Below are positions 37,352 through 46,754 of a stretch of 64,000 nt of DNA, piece after piece (position 1 is the stretch's first letter; the number at the start of each line of letters is the position of its first letter). Source of the stretch: Methanobacteriota archaeon. Lineage in GTDB: Archaea; Thermoplasmatota; Poseidoniia; Poseidoniales; Poseidoniaceae. The translations under genes were made by a program, and so were the position numbers. The notes below the pieces were generated by a model. It ran no database searches. It saw only the letters and a program-made list of their open reading frames with translations, and was not told where the DNA came from. The stretch is from the NCBI GenBank assembly GCA_002718195.1, contig PBDU01000011.1, positions 219,927-283,926 of the forward strand. The letters are read 5' to 3'.

Positions 37352-38698
37352 TCACTTATTCGGGAAAGTCATCTTGGGCCATTGTTCGAAATTGTCTGTT
37401 GTCCATGGTAAGGAGCATAGTAAACTCTCCATTTTTTCGAACGAGGTTATACTTCGCTCAACCTGTAATCTATACAACCAATCCTTAAGACAGCCAAGTT
37501 TTTTTCCACTGGGAATTCCAGTCGTTCTCATCAAATATTCTCCATCCAATAACGGTAATGCGACCTTTGAGGGAATGGATTGATACCTTTCTATTGCTGA
37601 TAAAATTTCATTTGGCTCAATTTCGGATGAAGCTAAGGTTTGTATGTTGTGCTCTGAAATAATCTTCTGGAGAATTAAGTGTTCAAATCCATTTGGACCT
37701 AAAATGTGTTTGTGAACCCGTGATGACTCTATTGTAGAATCCGGAATATTTCCGATTAAACTATGCAAAAGCAAGCATTTTTTGCGGAATTCATTTGATG
37801 TTTTCATGTCTCGTAAAAATTTAGTAAGTCTCTCAGCCTCTAAATTACTGAACAACATCGCAACTCTTGCTTCAGTACTGAGTTTCAAGATATCCGGGCT
37901 ACTCAGTCCTCGAACAGCGCTATGACAATTTATAGGGTCAAGAGGAGAGAATATCGACAGTACTCCATCTTTCAGCATCTTCTCAACGATTTGTGAACAA
38001 TGCTTGCCTGCGATAATTTTAGAGAACTCTACATTTATCCGCTCGGATGAAATTTTATTCAAAATCTCAGATTGATTTCTTATTGAAATGGAAAGGTCTT
38101 GGTTCATAGGCCATATACCATTATCCCCTCTGTCCATAAATCGGTAAGCCCGCAAAATCCGTAATCCATCCTCTTTTATCCTTTGAGTGGGTATTCCAAC
38201 GGATTTTATGACACCTTTTTTCAGGTCTAATCTACCGTTGTGCGGGTCATGAAGAACTCTTCTTGCGACATCTATTGCCATTGCATTAATTGTGAAATCC
38301 CTACGTTCCAAATCCTTACTCAATGATGAGACAAGCTCTACGTGGTCAGGCCTTCTTCCATCTGAATATCCACTTTCTGAACGTAATGTAGTAGCCTCAT
38401 AATTCTGCTTAGAGCCCCTTAGAGTCACGCAGCCAAAATCTAAACCGGTTGGGATCGAATTGGGAAAAATTTTCATCATTTCTTGTGGTGAAAAATCCAC
38501 TGCAAGGTCAAAATCCTTCACTTTTTGTCCTAGCATCGAATCTCTGACGCAACCGCCCACTAGCCAGACTCCTCCGCCCTCAGTGGCTATTTTATTCAAT
38601 ATCTCAATGAGGTCATTTGGAAGGTTTTTGACAAAATCTTGGCTGTTTAATGGCAAATCCAAACCTGGTAAATCAGCCGGGTTGCCCTCAATCAACAA
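37352..38698 (-). CDS. cca: Class II (bacterial-type) CCA tRNA nucleotidyltransferase
   Basis: LVGGCVRD, DFD, YSDGRRP, DLERRDFTINAMA and EDGLRILRAYRF. Confidence 0.85.
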   Translation of the reverse strand: MLIEGNPADLPGLDLPLNSQDFVKNLPNDLIEILNKIATEGGGVWLVGGCVRDSMLGQKVKDFDLAVDFSPQEMMKIFPNSIPTGLDFGCVTLRGSKQNYEATTLRSESGYSDGRRPDHVELVSSLSKDLERRDFTINAMAIDVARRVLHDPHNGRLDLKKGVIKSVGIPTQRIKEDGLRILRAYRFMDRGDNGIWPMNQDLSISIRNQSEILNKISSERINVEFSKIIAGKHCSQIVEKMLKDGVLSIFSPLDPINCHSAVRGLSSPDILKLSTEARVAMLFSNLEAERLTKFLRDMKTSNEFRKKCLLLHSLIGNIPDSTIESSRVHKHILGPNGFEHLILQKIISEHNIQTLASSEIEPNEILSAIERYQSIPSKVALPLLDGEYLMRTTGIPSGKKLGCLKDWLYRLQVERSITSFEKMESLLCSLPWTTDNFEQWPKMTFPNK

Positions 38699-38768
38699 GT
38701 AATCGCCTCTGTATGGACTGAAGCAGATGCTAACTAAGGCTTATTGCATAGAATTCTGTGGTAAATGC

Positions 38769-39176
38769 ATGGATGGCGAGTACAATATCGAGACCATCCG
38801 AGTAGATTTTCTAAAAACCCATGAGGAAATCAAGAGCAAGAAAGTTGTGAAATTATTTGAAATGACTCAAAAATGGGGTGCTCAAAGGAAACCTGTAATC
38901 ATTGATTCTTCTACTGGAGTAATCCTCGATGGGCATCACAGGTATGCGGTTGCTGTACAATTAAATCTGGAAAAAATCGCCGTAATCAGGGTAGATTACA
39001 TCGATGATGATAAAATAAAAGTAGAATCAAGAAATCAAAATAAACCATTCAGTAATTCTAAATCCGAGGTAATCAAGATGGGTTTATCGGAACAAAATTA
39101 CCCGGCAAAAACAACAAAACACATCTTTGATTTTGAAGTACCAGATATTTGGATTAATCTTGAGGAGCTTAGTTGA
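38769..39176 (+). CDS. Stand-alone ParB/Srx-like N-terminal domain protein
   Basis: LKTHEE, PVIID...VILDGHHR and PAKTTKH. Confidence 0.8.
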   Translation: MDGEYNIETIRVDFLKTHEEIKSKKVVKLFEMTQKWGAQRKPVIIDSSTGVILDGHHRYAVAVQLNLEKIAVIRVDYIDDDKIKVESRNQNKPFSNSKSEVIKMGLSEQNYPAKTTKHIFDFEVPDIWINLEELS

Positions 39177-40992
39177 CTTGTTTTGATGCTATTGCATATT
39201 GCCATTTAGAATTGCCATTGCCAACCATTTTGGCAGCGATAATAGGTTGTCCAGTGCAATTACAGGTGACTTCTCTGTACACTCCTTCTCTTGATATACC
39301 CATCATCACTTCTTCTCCAATTTTTCCCTTCAGAGATAGTTCTAGTGATTGCTTATTTGTAACCCTCAGTCCATCCACATGAATAATTTCATCACCGGGC
39401 ATCAAGGTTGATCTAGATGGTGAATTGTCGAGATGTGATGAAACCTTGACTTGGTTATCTTTTATTGAAATATTGACACCAAGCCAACCAGATTTTTCAT
39501 CTAGAATCGAATCCTCTTTCTTTTTGTCTGCCTCTAACTTTATTCCAAAGTTATTCATAGCGGATAATATATCAGGGCTGCCTCTTTCGTACATCAAAGA
39601 ATCAAGTAATTTCCCTAATCTAGAACAGCCTGGTAAAGATGTCAATTCTTTTCTTATTATCTTCCTGTTGATTCCTCTTTGTTTAGGGTCTTTAGCCTCA
39701 ATAGTATGCTTTCTATAGAGATTAGACATCAAATCATCTACCCCTATTTTCCCTTTTGTTCTCTTTCGCATTTCTGAATCAAGGACAAAAATTGCCAATT
39801 CACCTTCTAAGTAGTAATTAATTTGGCGCTCACTAGAAAACTCATGCCTTCTATAAAGATGAATCCAGGCGTCATGACTTGATTCAGCTAGTGATTCGTA
39901 ATTTGCACCATTTCTAGAAAGGTGCCTTTTGTACTTCCTGGTGAAATCTTTGCGATACTGCTCTTCATCCCATGCGCCAGAGCGCAAGCAAATGATGTCG
40001 CCCATCCAAGATGTGCCTCCCTCAAACCACCAAAGAAGATCTGAGTTCACTTCCCTTTGAAGATCGTAATCAAGGAAATTTTTGGGTCTTAATCTCTTTA
40101 CATTCCATTGATGTAAGTATTCATGCGAAAATAAGGATATAAGGTCTAAATATTCTGATTTATTTCCCTTCATTAGACTCTTCCTAGGCATCATTGAGGT
40201 TTGTGAATCTTCATGTTCAAGACCGCCTCTTGAAGAGTTGGTGAAATGTAATACTGTGATGTATTCCTTCCAATCAGGTATCCCGAATAATGCGTTGTGT
40301 TCTTTGATTATTTTAGTCGCATCTTCGATGAACTTATCCACCATTTCTTTGTCAAAATCATAACCACCACTATCCCACAATTTTAGGATATGATTTCTCC
40401 CATCTACCTCCCAAGCGATGGACTCATTGGAATTCGCTTCCAAAATAGAATCGAGGAAACGGTCTCTGTTTTCGCTAACGTATGACCACTCCTTTTCATC
40501 ACCGTTTTCTTCAACTTCTAACAAATTCATTTGGGTAACTGCTTCCCATTCTTTAGGCAAACTCGCACTAAAGTAAATTGAATTGTCTTTCCATGATTTG
40601 TCAATACCCCGTGTTGGAAGCAAGAAGGTGAAAGGGGGCATCATGTGTAAATGAGAATTATCCAGATGAGTTGAACGAACGGTCATTTCTCTGCAAATTA
40701 TTTCCCATGAAATGTCAATAAAATCTAGACCTTTAATGTCATTTATGATAACTTTGTCAACCCCGCTTCTAGTGCACTTCAATTTATTTCCATTCTTTGT
40801 TGAAGCAATTATCTCGCTAACATATTGCATTGGTTCTCTGATAAAATAAGAACCAGGTATCCAGCGTGGAAATGCCAACTCTAGGATGTTTGAATCAAAC
40901 TTTCCCTCAATTTTCAACCCGCAATGAAGATATTGCTCAGCACGGGAAGAAGTGGATATTCTGTACTCGAGTTTTTGGCTCACCATACTCAA
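39169..40992 (-). CDS. M61 glycyl aminopeptidase with PDZ domain
   Basis: PRWIPGSY, GGLEH, SHEYLHQWNVKR, WWFEGGTS and PDZ GWLGV...PGDEIIHVDG. Confidence 0.92.
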   Translation of the reverse strand: MSMVSQKLEYRISTSSRAEQYLHCGLKIEGKFDSNILELAFPRWIPGSYFIREPMQYVSEIIASTKNGNKLKCTRSGVDKVIINDIKGLDFIDISWEIICREMTVRSTHLDNSHLHMMPPFTFLLPTRGIDKSWKDNSIYFSASLPKEWEAVTQMNLLEVEENGDEKEWSYVSENRDRFLDSILEANSNESIAWEVDGRNHILKLWDSGGYDFDKEMVDKFIEDATKIIKEHNALFGIPDWKEYITVLHFTNSSRGGLEHEDSQTSMMPRKSLMKGNKSEYLDLISLFSHEYLHQWNVKRLRPKNFLDYDLQREVNSDLLWWFEGGTSWMGDIICLRSGAWDEEQYRKDFTRKYKRHLSRNGANYESLAESSHDAWIHLYRRHEFSSERQINYYLEGELAIFVLDSEMRKRTKGKIGVDDLMSNLYRKHTIEAKDPKQRGINRKIIRKELTSLPGCSRLGKLLDSLMYERGSPDILSAMNNFGIKLEADKKKEDSILDEKSGWLGVNISIKDNQVKVSSHLDNSPSRSTLMPGDEIIHVDGLRVTNKQSLELSLKGKIGEEVMMGISREGVYREVTCNCTGQPIIAAKMVGNGNSKWQYAIASKQVN

Positions 40993-41999
40993 ATCTCTGC
41001 CGAGGCGGTTGAAAGCATATGTGCCTCTTGGACAAGCAAATCATGCTCTTTAGCGGCTAGAATTTTTTCTACAATATTTTGGACGAAGTCATCATTAGGT
41101 CTGCCAACTAATGTTTCTACTAGCCTGACGCGTTGTACTATGTCTATTGAAGAGTCAAAAATCAACATCTCCCTGTACTTGTCAAAACCATCACCTTGTT
41201 TCCTAACAATCCATCTTGATAACAAATTTTTATCTCCGGAATTATGAATTGACAGAATAGCGGGGTGGTCTGAAGTATCACAATATTTTGACAAGAGGCT
41301 AAGGAATTCTTTCTGTTCTTTTGTATTTAAATGAAGAGTTGCTTTCCCCACCCTAGAATCTTTATTCTTCAATAAGATCGGAACTAACTCAATTTTTCCA
41401 ACTTCTCTTTTCATTGTTTCATCTAATTCATTATCTGTTAATGCAACATTTCTCTTATTGAGCTCTCTTATGCAGTTTTTGAAAACAATATCATCATCAT
41501 CGGCAAGCATTTTTTTTACATCTTTGTCATTCAGCGATGGACTACTAACTACTTCTCTCCTGACGATAGAATTTTGATGGTTAGTTAAGTCTGTATTCAA
41601 TTCACTAGTTCCTTTCTTTGCTATGTACATAGCAGCGAATTTTACAGCGGAAATGTCATTGGATTCGATTAACTTCATGGCTTGTTTTGTACAATCAGTA
41701 TTCATTTTTTCAAGAATCGTTGATGCAGTTCTATTTGCTTCAACCCTAGTTGACTCAATCAATGGGTCCAAAGAAGATGCTTCTTGGTATGGCGCCCAAT
41801 TTCGATAGGCTTCGAGTGCTTTGCCTCTAAACCAAGGGTCCTCATCACTCAACATTGCTTCAAATGCATGTAGATTATCAGGGTCATTTGCTTCGAACAA
41901 TACTCTGATTGCTCGTCTTCTGTGACGAATGTCTTTATGCTTTAATTTTGCAATTGCACTTTGTATTCCTGCAGAAATTCTACCACCCCTCGAAGTCAA
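40989..41999 (-). CDS. HEAT-repeat protein
   Basis: RHRRRAIRVL and LSDEDPWFRGKALE repeats. Confidence 0.65.
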   Translation of the reverse strand: MTSRGGRISAGIQSAIAKLKHKDIRHRRRAIRVLFEANDPDNLHAFEAMLSDEDPWFRGKALEAYRNWAPYQEASSLDPLIESTRVEANRTASTILEKMNTDCTKQAMKLIESNDISAVKFAAMYIAKKGTSELNTDLTNHQNSIVRREVVSSPSLNDKDVKKMLADDDDIVFKNCIRELNKRNVALTDNELDETMKREVGKIELVPILLKNKDSRVGKATLHLNTKEQKEFLSLLSKYCDTSDHPAILSIHNSGDKNLLSRWIVRKQGDGFDKYREMLIFDSSIDIVQRVRLVETLVGRPNDDFVQNIVEKILAAKEHDLLVQEAHMLSTASAEI

Positions 42000-42918
42000 A
42001 ATCTTTTCCGCCGGGGTTCTGTATTTCAGGATTTAAGAGGCGAGAAAAGAAAGGCCAGATTGGCAAAATATAAGCAGCATTGTCAACTAAAATATTGACG
42101 AATGGATGATTTTTTTCATCCAGGGCAGGCGACATGTCTAGGGGGAGATTTCTGACATCAACTACTAAATCGGTCAATTTGCAAATGTGATGGTCATCCA
42201 GTTGACCTAGTTGTTCCATAATGTCAACGGTAATCTCTAGAATATCAGAGAATTCCCAAGGTGAAATTGGAGATATGCTCGAGTCTAATACATCTAGAGG
42301 ACCGAAACATACGGGTCCAAGATTGGTTGAAACAGTTCCTTGTGAGGTGACTTCTACTTTCATCAGATCTTGTCTTCGTGTATTTCCTACTGGTGCGATA
42401 ATTTTCGATCCAACTTCCAGAGATTCAATTAGCCAAGAGGGTATTTCGTCTATTTGTCCAGTTATGAGAACCCTATCTGGATTCCTAGGAAAGTGCTCTG
42501 GTTTTGAATTTGAGTTTGAAAAAAGTTTGATTTTTATTGTCGGCCACCCGGATAGGGAATTTATTGAATGCTGATAAACTTCATCATTTTGTTCAAATAA
42601 GTGAACTTCGCCTTTCTGATCAATAATTTTTGCAATTAAACCAGCAATATATCCTCCTTTGGATCCTAACTGGCAGACTTCATGCCCATTCTCCAAGTCC
42701 AGCTCAGAAAGGAGCGTGGTTATCATATGAGGTGCTGAAATAGATTTTTTTGCACCATTTTTACATTTTATGAATTGAACTGGAAAATCGTGATAAAAAG
42801 CCTCTGAATTTGGGCAGAATTGTTCTACTGGCAAGTCAAGCATGGCTTCTTTGACTTTTTTTGGGATTAGGAAGCCACTTCTAGCAAGCCTCCGAAGCAG
42901 GTCTTGCATCTCTCCCAT
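41980..42918 (-). CDS. Protein-L-isoaspartate O-methyltransferase-like protein with C-terminal extension
   Basis: SISAPHM, CQLGSKGGY, LEVGSKIIAPVG and VCFGPL. Confidence 0.75.
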   Translation of the reverse strand: MGEMQDLLRRLARSGFLIPKKVKEAMLDLPVEQFCPNSEAFYHDFPVQFIKCKNGAKKSISAPHMITTLLSELDLENGHEVCQLGSKGGYIAGLIAKIIDQKGEVHLFEQNDEVYQHSINSLSGWPTIKIKLFSNSNSKPEHFPRNPDRVLITGQIDEIPSWLIESLEVGSKIIAPVGNTRRQDLMKVEVTSQGTVSTNLGPVCFGPLDVLDSSISPISPWEFSDILEITVDIMEQLGQLDDHHICKLTDLVVDVRNLPLDMSPALDEKNHPFVNILVDNAAYILPIWPFFSRLLNPEIQNPGGKDFDFEGW

Positions 42919-42958
42919 GACAAGGGTAATCTTTCCTCACTCAAAAGGTCGTTCATGA

Positions 42959-43843
42959 TTACTTTTGTTTTTTCTGAGCAGTAGTTAGATTTTCTTCATA
43001 GTACGAGATTACATCTTCACTCGATGAAATCATCAAAGAGTTCTCATCTACGAGGGAATCTTCGTTTTCATTCTGGATGTTTGATTTAATTTCATCCCAC
43101 ATTTTTTCAAACTCTTTGTCATGGATATAATCTGAATTTTCTGCATCAGTTTGTACTTGGTTAATCATTTCGCTGATAACTTTTGGAGAAGTATAATTCG
43201 ATTCCAAAGCAGAGAATGCCTCGTCTGCTAAAATAGCACTAATTCTGGTAAGATGTTCACTTACTGTTGCACGTGCTAGGTTCAACTCAACCGCTAGTTC
43301 CCCAACTCTTGTTCTCCGAGGATAATCCCAATATCCTGCTCTGTATGCGTGCAATGCGATTGCAAGTTGCTTTTCATTGAGTGGAGATGCCGACTCGTTT
43401 GCATAATCTAGTTTTGAAACTTGGATGCTGTCGGGTTTGGCATATGCTTTGATGAAGGTATGTAGCAGCGAGATCTTCATCCTACTTCCTCGAATTTTGT
43501 ACGTTAATGCGTTTTGAGTAAGTTTGGAGCCAGCGATTGTTGATGTTCCACCAGTTCTGGAATTCATATTTGAGACGGGATGATCCAATTTTAGTTTAAG
43601 CAAATAATTTCCATTTGTTGTGTTTGGTTCTTGGATGACCTCTAGAACTTCGATGTAGTAGATGTTGTTTAATTCTTCAGGTTCTTGATTTTCAAGGAAC
43701 TTAGCCTCTGCAAGAATAACAACATTACGCGGCGTTCTTCGAATATATGACAGAAAAGTGATTTCTTCCAGAATATCCAGTAGAGGGGCGAGGTCTGTTC
43801 TTTCCAAAGCAGGTCTTGACCAGGTAAATTTGACCTGCCTCAT
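42959..43843 (-). CDS. HTH_10 (Bat-type) transcriptional regulator
   Basis: LNEKQ...AYRAGYWDYPRR...ELAVELNLARATVSEHL. Confidence 0.88.
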   Translation of the reverse strand: MRQVKFTWSRPALERTDLAPLLDILEEITFLSYIRRTPRNVVILAEAKFLENQEPEELNNIYYIEVLEVIQEPNTTNGNYLLKLKLDHPVSNMNSRTGGTSTIAGSKLTQNALTYKIRGSRMKISLLHTFIKAYAKPDSIQVSKLDYANESASPLNEKQLAIALHAYRAGYWDYPRRTRVGELAVELNLARATVSEHLTRISAILADEAFSALESNYTSPKVISEMINQVQTDAENSDYIHDKEFEKMWDEIKSNIQNENEDSLVDENSLMISSSEDVISYYEENLTTAQKKQK

Positions 43844-43890
43844 ACAGTTGAGGGCATAAAATCCGATAATAAATTTTTACCAGTATCTTT

Positions 43891-44541
43891 CTACAGCCAG
43901 GTATCTAATATAAACTGGATTGAAAATAAAATAAGCCCGGTGATTACAATAAACGTTATGTTTCTTCTCCTATTTCTGACCTTATCCGATTCCAAGGCAC
44001 AGACTTCAATCGATTTTGAAAATGATTTAATTTCAAAACTCTCTGATTCAATTTCCTTTAGCCTGTTTAGGACATTTGTTCTTAGTTTCTGGTGCTCATC
44101 ACTAGAATGTCCAACTATGTACCTCACCGGATGATTTGCGTAAAGGTGAAGGGTTCTTTCCAGAATTTCCATGGAATGACTTGAATTTCGCAGGTCTATT
44201 GCTAGTCTAACTTTCTCGTCTCGTACGTGGCTTAGGAATCTCCATCTACCTCTGCCTTCTTCGTATCTGGAGAGAGTTTTAGATAATTCGGAGAGATTTA
44301 TTTCCATTCTATCACCTCTTACAATTTTCTTTTTCCACAAGAATGGAGTCAGGAAAAATCCACACAACACGGTTGCATAGAGCAATATATTCCCATGCCT
44401 CTCAAGATTCATAGGATCTGAAAGTACGGAAAATGTAGAACCCGCTAGACCCACATAAATGCCTACGACTATGGAAGAAGCAATTGCCTTACCCAGGCTC
44501 ACTCTTTCCTCTTCCATGGAGGGCGCTGGAATCTCATTCAA
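43891..44541 (-). CDS. Membrane protein with possible Smr-like domain
   Basis: Two N-terminal TMs and one C-terminal TM flanking AIDLRN...VRYIVGHS. Confidence 0.45.
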   Translation of the reverse strand: MNEIPAPSMEEERVSLGKAIASSIVVGIYVGLAGSTFSVLSDPMNLERHGNILLYATVLCGFFLTPFLWKKKIVRGDRMEINLSELSKTLSRYEEGRGRWRFLSHVRDEKVRLAIDLRNSSHSMEILERTLHLYANHPVRYIVGHSSDEHQKLRTNVLNRLKEIESESFEIKSFSKSIEVCALESDKVRNRRRNITFIVITGLILFSIQFILDTWL

Positions 44542-44591
44542 ATTATTCTATCGCGACTAATCTCTATTAGCCTAGGTTTATTGGGGGATAT

Positions 44592-45317
44592 ATGAAGAAT
44601 GGGAGGGAAGAGAGGGACCGAGAACTAAAGGTTAGTAACTGGGTTTTGGGTGTTTCCTTATTTTTCTTCATTTCATTTTTCCTGGCACCTGCCTTAGTAG
44701 CACAGGGAACGATAACTGATTTAGAGGGCAGGGCAAATGCAATTGATTTTGCAAGCGAGGATGGAAGATACGGTTACGGCAATCAACACGGGGATGAAAA
44801 CAGGACATTCGTTTGGACAGAACTAAACTTCTATTCTGCTTTCATCTACGCATTTGGAGATTTTAATTGCCACAACAAAGCCGAGCGTTCCTGGGATATT
44901 AACGGAAATCAAATGCCGGTTTGCACTCGGGACCTAGGCATATTCTTGGGAGTAGCAATCGGAGGAACTGTGTTTAGACAAAGGGGATTTAACCGTTGGA
45001 CAGTCAAGGATTCTGTATTATCCATATTCAAGGAATCTTTCTTGGATAAAATATACGCAAAAGGCTGGCGTAACTACCTCTTTTTTGGTTGTGCTCTATT
45101 GACCATTCTTCCTTTAGCCATCGATGGATTTACACAATTATTGACCTCGTATGAATCTAACAATCCATTGAGGATAGCAACAGGATTACCATTTGGATTT
45201 GGACTTGGAATATTGATCGCTGGAATGTACTCTGCTAGACCGAATCTTTTCTCTAATGTTTCACAAGTAAAGTTGCCAGCTGGGATTAGATTTGAACTTC
45301 TAAAGAATGAAGAGTGA
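44592..45317 (+). CDS. DUF2085 family membrane protein
   Basis: CH...RS...NQMPVCTRDLGIFLG and DGFTQ...YESNNPLRIATG. Confidence 0.85.
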   Translation: MKNGREERDRELKVSNWVLGVSLFFFISFFLAPALVAQGTITDLEGRANAIDFASEDGRYGYGNQHGDENRTFVWTELNFYSAFIYAFGDFNCHNKAERSWDINGNQMPVCTRDLGIFLGVAIGGTVFRQRGFNRWTVKDSVLSIFKESFLDKIYAKGWRNYLFFGCALLTILPLAIDGFTQLLTSYESNNPLRIATGLPFGFGLGILIAGMYSARPNLFSNVSQVKLPAGIRFELLKNEE

Positions 45318-45325
45318 ATCACTCA
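45269..45325 (+). repeat. Left copy of ~57-bp direct repeat (attL-like)
   Basis: AAAGTTGCCAGCTGGGATTAGATTTGAACTTCTAAAGAATGAAGAGTGAATCACTCA; matches 46755-46811 with 4 mismatches. Confidence 0.95.
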
Positions 45326-45397
45326 CGAGAATATATTTAATCAAGAAGTGGTAAATCAAACCGCTTGAATTTTCAAAGCAGATACTGAAAGTATAAG

Positions 45398-46687
45398 TCA
45401 GATTTCATCAATCATCTTGAAATATCCAGATAATACCTCAACATAATTTCGTTTTACACCACCTGTCCACTCCACTTTGAACCTTAGCCTGATGATGTCG
45501 TATTTCTCACCATTAACCTTGCAAGAGATTGTGATTTTTGGTATGGGTAGACCTTCGTTACTCCTTGGTTTAGATAACTCGTATTTTGCCGAAAATTCGT
45601 GCTGTTTTCCTTCTAATTTCTGCTTAATTTGTTTATAATTAATCTGTTTTACACCATTGCTGATGTCTAGGATAATCAGTTCCTTGCCCCTAGTTGAAAG
45701 CTCAACAAGTGAATCTGATAGGACCTCGTAATAATTGTTTACTTTGAAAGCCTTGTTAAGTTCCTTACACATCGATTCGTATACCTTTTTTACATATTCC
45801 ACATAGTTATCCTTGGCATTTATATTGGAAGGTTGTTTTATTTTTTGTAACTCTCTAATGACAACATTTTTTTCAACAAATGCTTCAAAAAATTTCTCTT
45901 TATTTTTTGGGTCGTTAAGTTTTTTGAGATAATCGTATCCTCCCATCTGTGAAAATTGTCCGTGACCGCCTTTAATCGAAAATAACATTACATTATCTTT
46001 CCCTTTTTTTAAACAAACATCTTCTTTTTTCACCTTTTGGTTGGATAACCCGTCAGCAACGACTTCTGTATATTCAAGTTCCTTGAATCCTTCTAGAAAC
46101 TTATGAATACTTTTCAGAGCAACTTCTCTTTCTTTTTTCGCAAATTTTTCCCATTGATTCAAGCGCTCAATCTTGACACCGGAATAATTACTCGATGCCA
46201 GATTTATGCTTAATTTGATTTTATCACCTTTGGGGCAAGTTTCTTCATGTTCAATTGGCTTACCTTTTGTCCTTCTATCAGGTAATTTATTATCAATGAA
46301 TTCTTCTATTTCTTTCACTTTTGGATTCTTCCCCAAAACCTTTCTTAAGAATAGAGCAATTGCGAACAAGGCTTCCTTAACATCCCCTAAATTATACGGT
46401 TTCCTTCTTCCATCTATGGATCCTTCACCCTCCTTTACTGTTAATTTGAAACCTTGGGATTCAATTTCCTCAAGAAGTTGGTGTATTGGTTTTTTGACTA
46501 TGCGGCAAACGTCCTGGTTAATTTTCACTTGCCTCCCTGGTTTTTGCTTATCATCAAGAATCAAGTACGCCTTTTTATCCATATTTTGAATCCATTTACG
46601 CAATTTTTCTATTTCCTCTTTTGCAGTTTTAGAATAATTTGTTCCCTTAATGTGTTTCTTCTTTTGTAACTTAATCGAGAACCCCAT
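45398..46687 (-). CDS. Lysine-rich putative PD-(D/E)XK-fold nuclease, probably of foreign origin
   Basis: NLGDVKE helix followed by VVADGLSNQKVKKEDV...FSIKGGHGQFSQ; composition differs from the flanks. Confidence 0.5.
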   Translation of the reverse strand: MGFSIKLQKKKHIKGTNYSKTAKEEIEKLRKWIQNMDKKAYLILDDKQKPGRQVKINQDVCRIVKKPIHQLLEEIESQGFKLTVKEGEGSIDGRRKPYNLGDVKEALFAIALFLRKVLGKNPKVKEIEEFIDNKLPDRRTKGKPIEHEETCPKGDKIKLSINLASSNYSGVKIERLNQWEKFAKKEREVALKSIHKFLEGFKELEYTEVVADGLSNQKVKKEDVCLKKGKDNVMLFSIKGGHGQFSQMGGYDYLKKLNDPKNKEKFFEAFVEKNVVIRELQKIKQPSNINAKDNYVEYVKKVYESMCKELNKAFKVNNYYEVLSDSLVELSTRGKELIILDISNGVKQINYKQIKQKLEGKQHEFSAKYELSKPRSNEGLPIPKITISCKVNGEKYDIIRLRFKVEWTGGVKRNYVEVLSGYFKMIDEI

Positions 46688-46754
46688 ACTATATTGCCTA
46701 TGTTATACGATATTTGAATCCTTTTAAGGGCAGCGTTTTTCCATCATCTATACG

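Noticed and set aside
36689-37411. 240-aa plus-strand ORF, and the many other antisense ORFs (e.g. 5760-6395, 19952-20503, 61043-61552)
   Set aside because: Ser/Ile-rich shadows of well-supported opposite-strand genes, with no motifs of their own.
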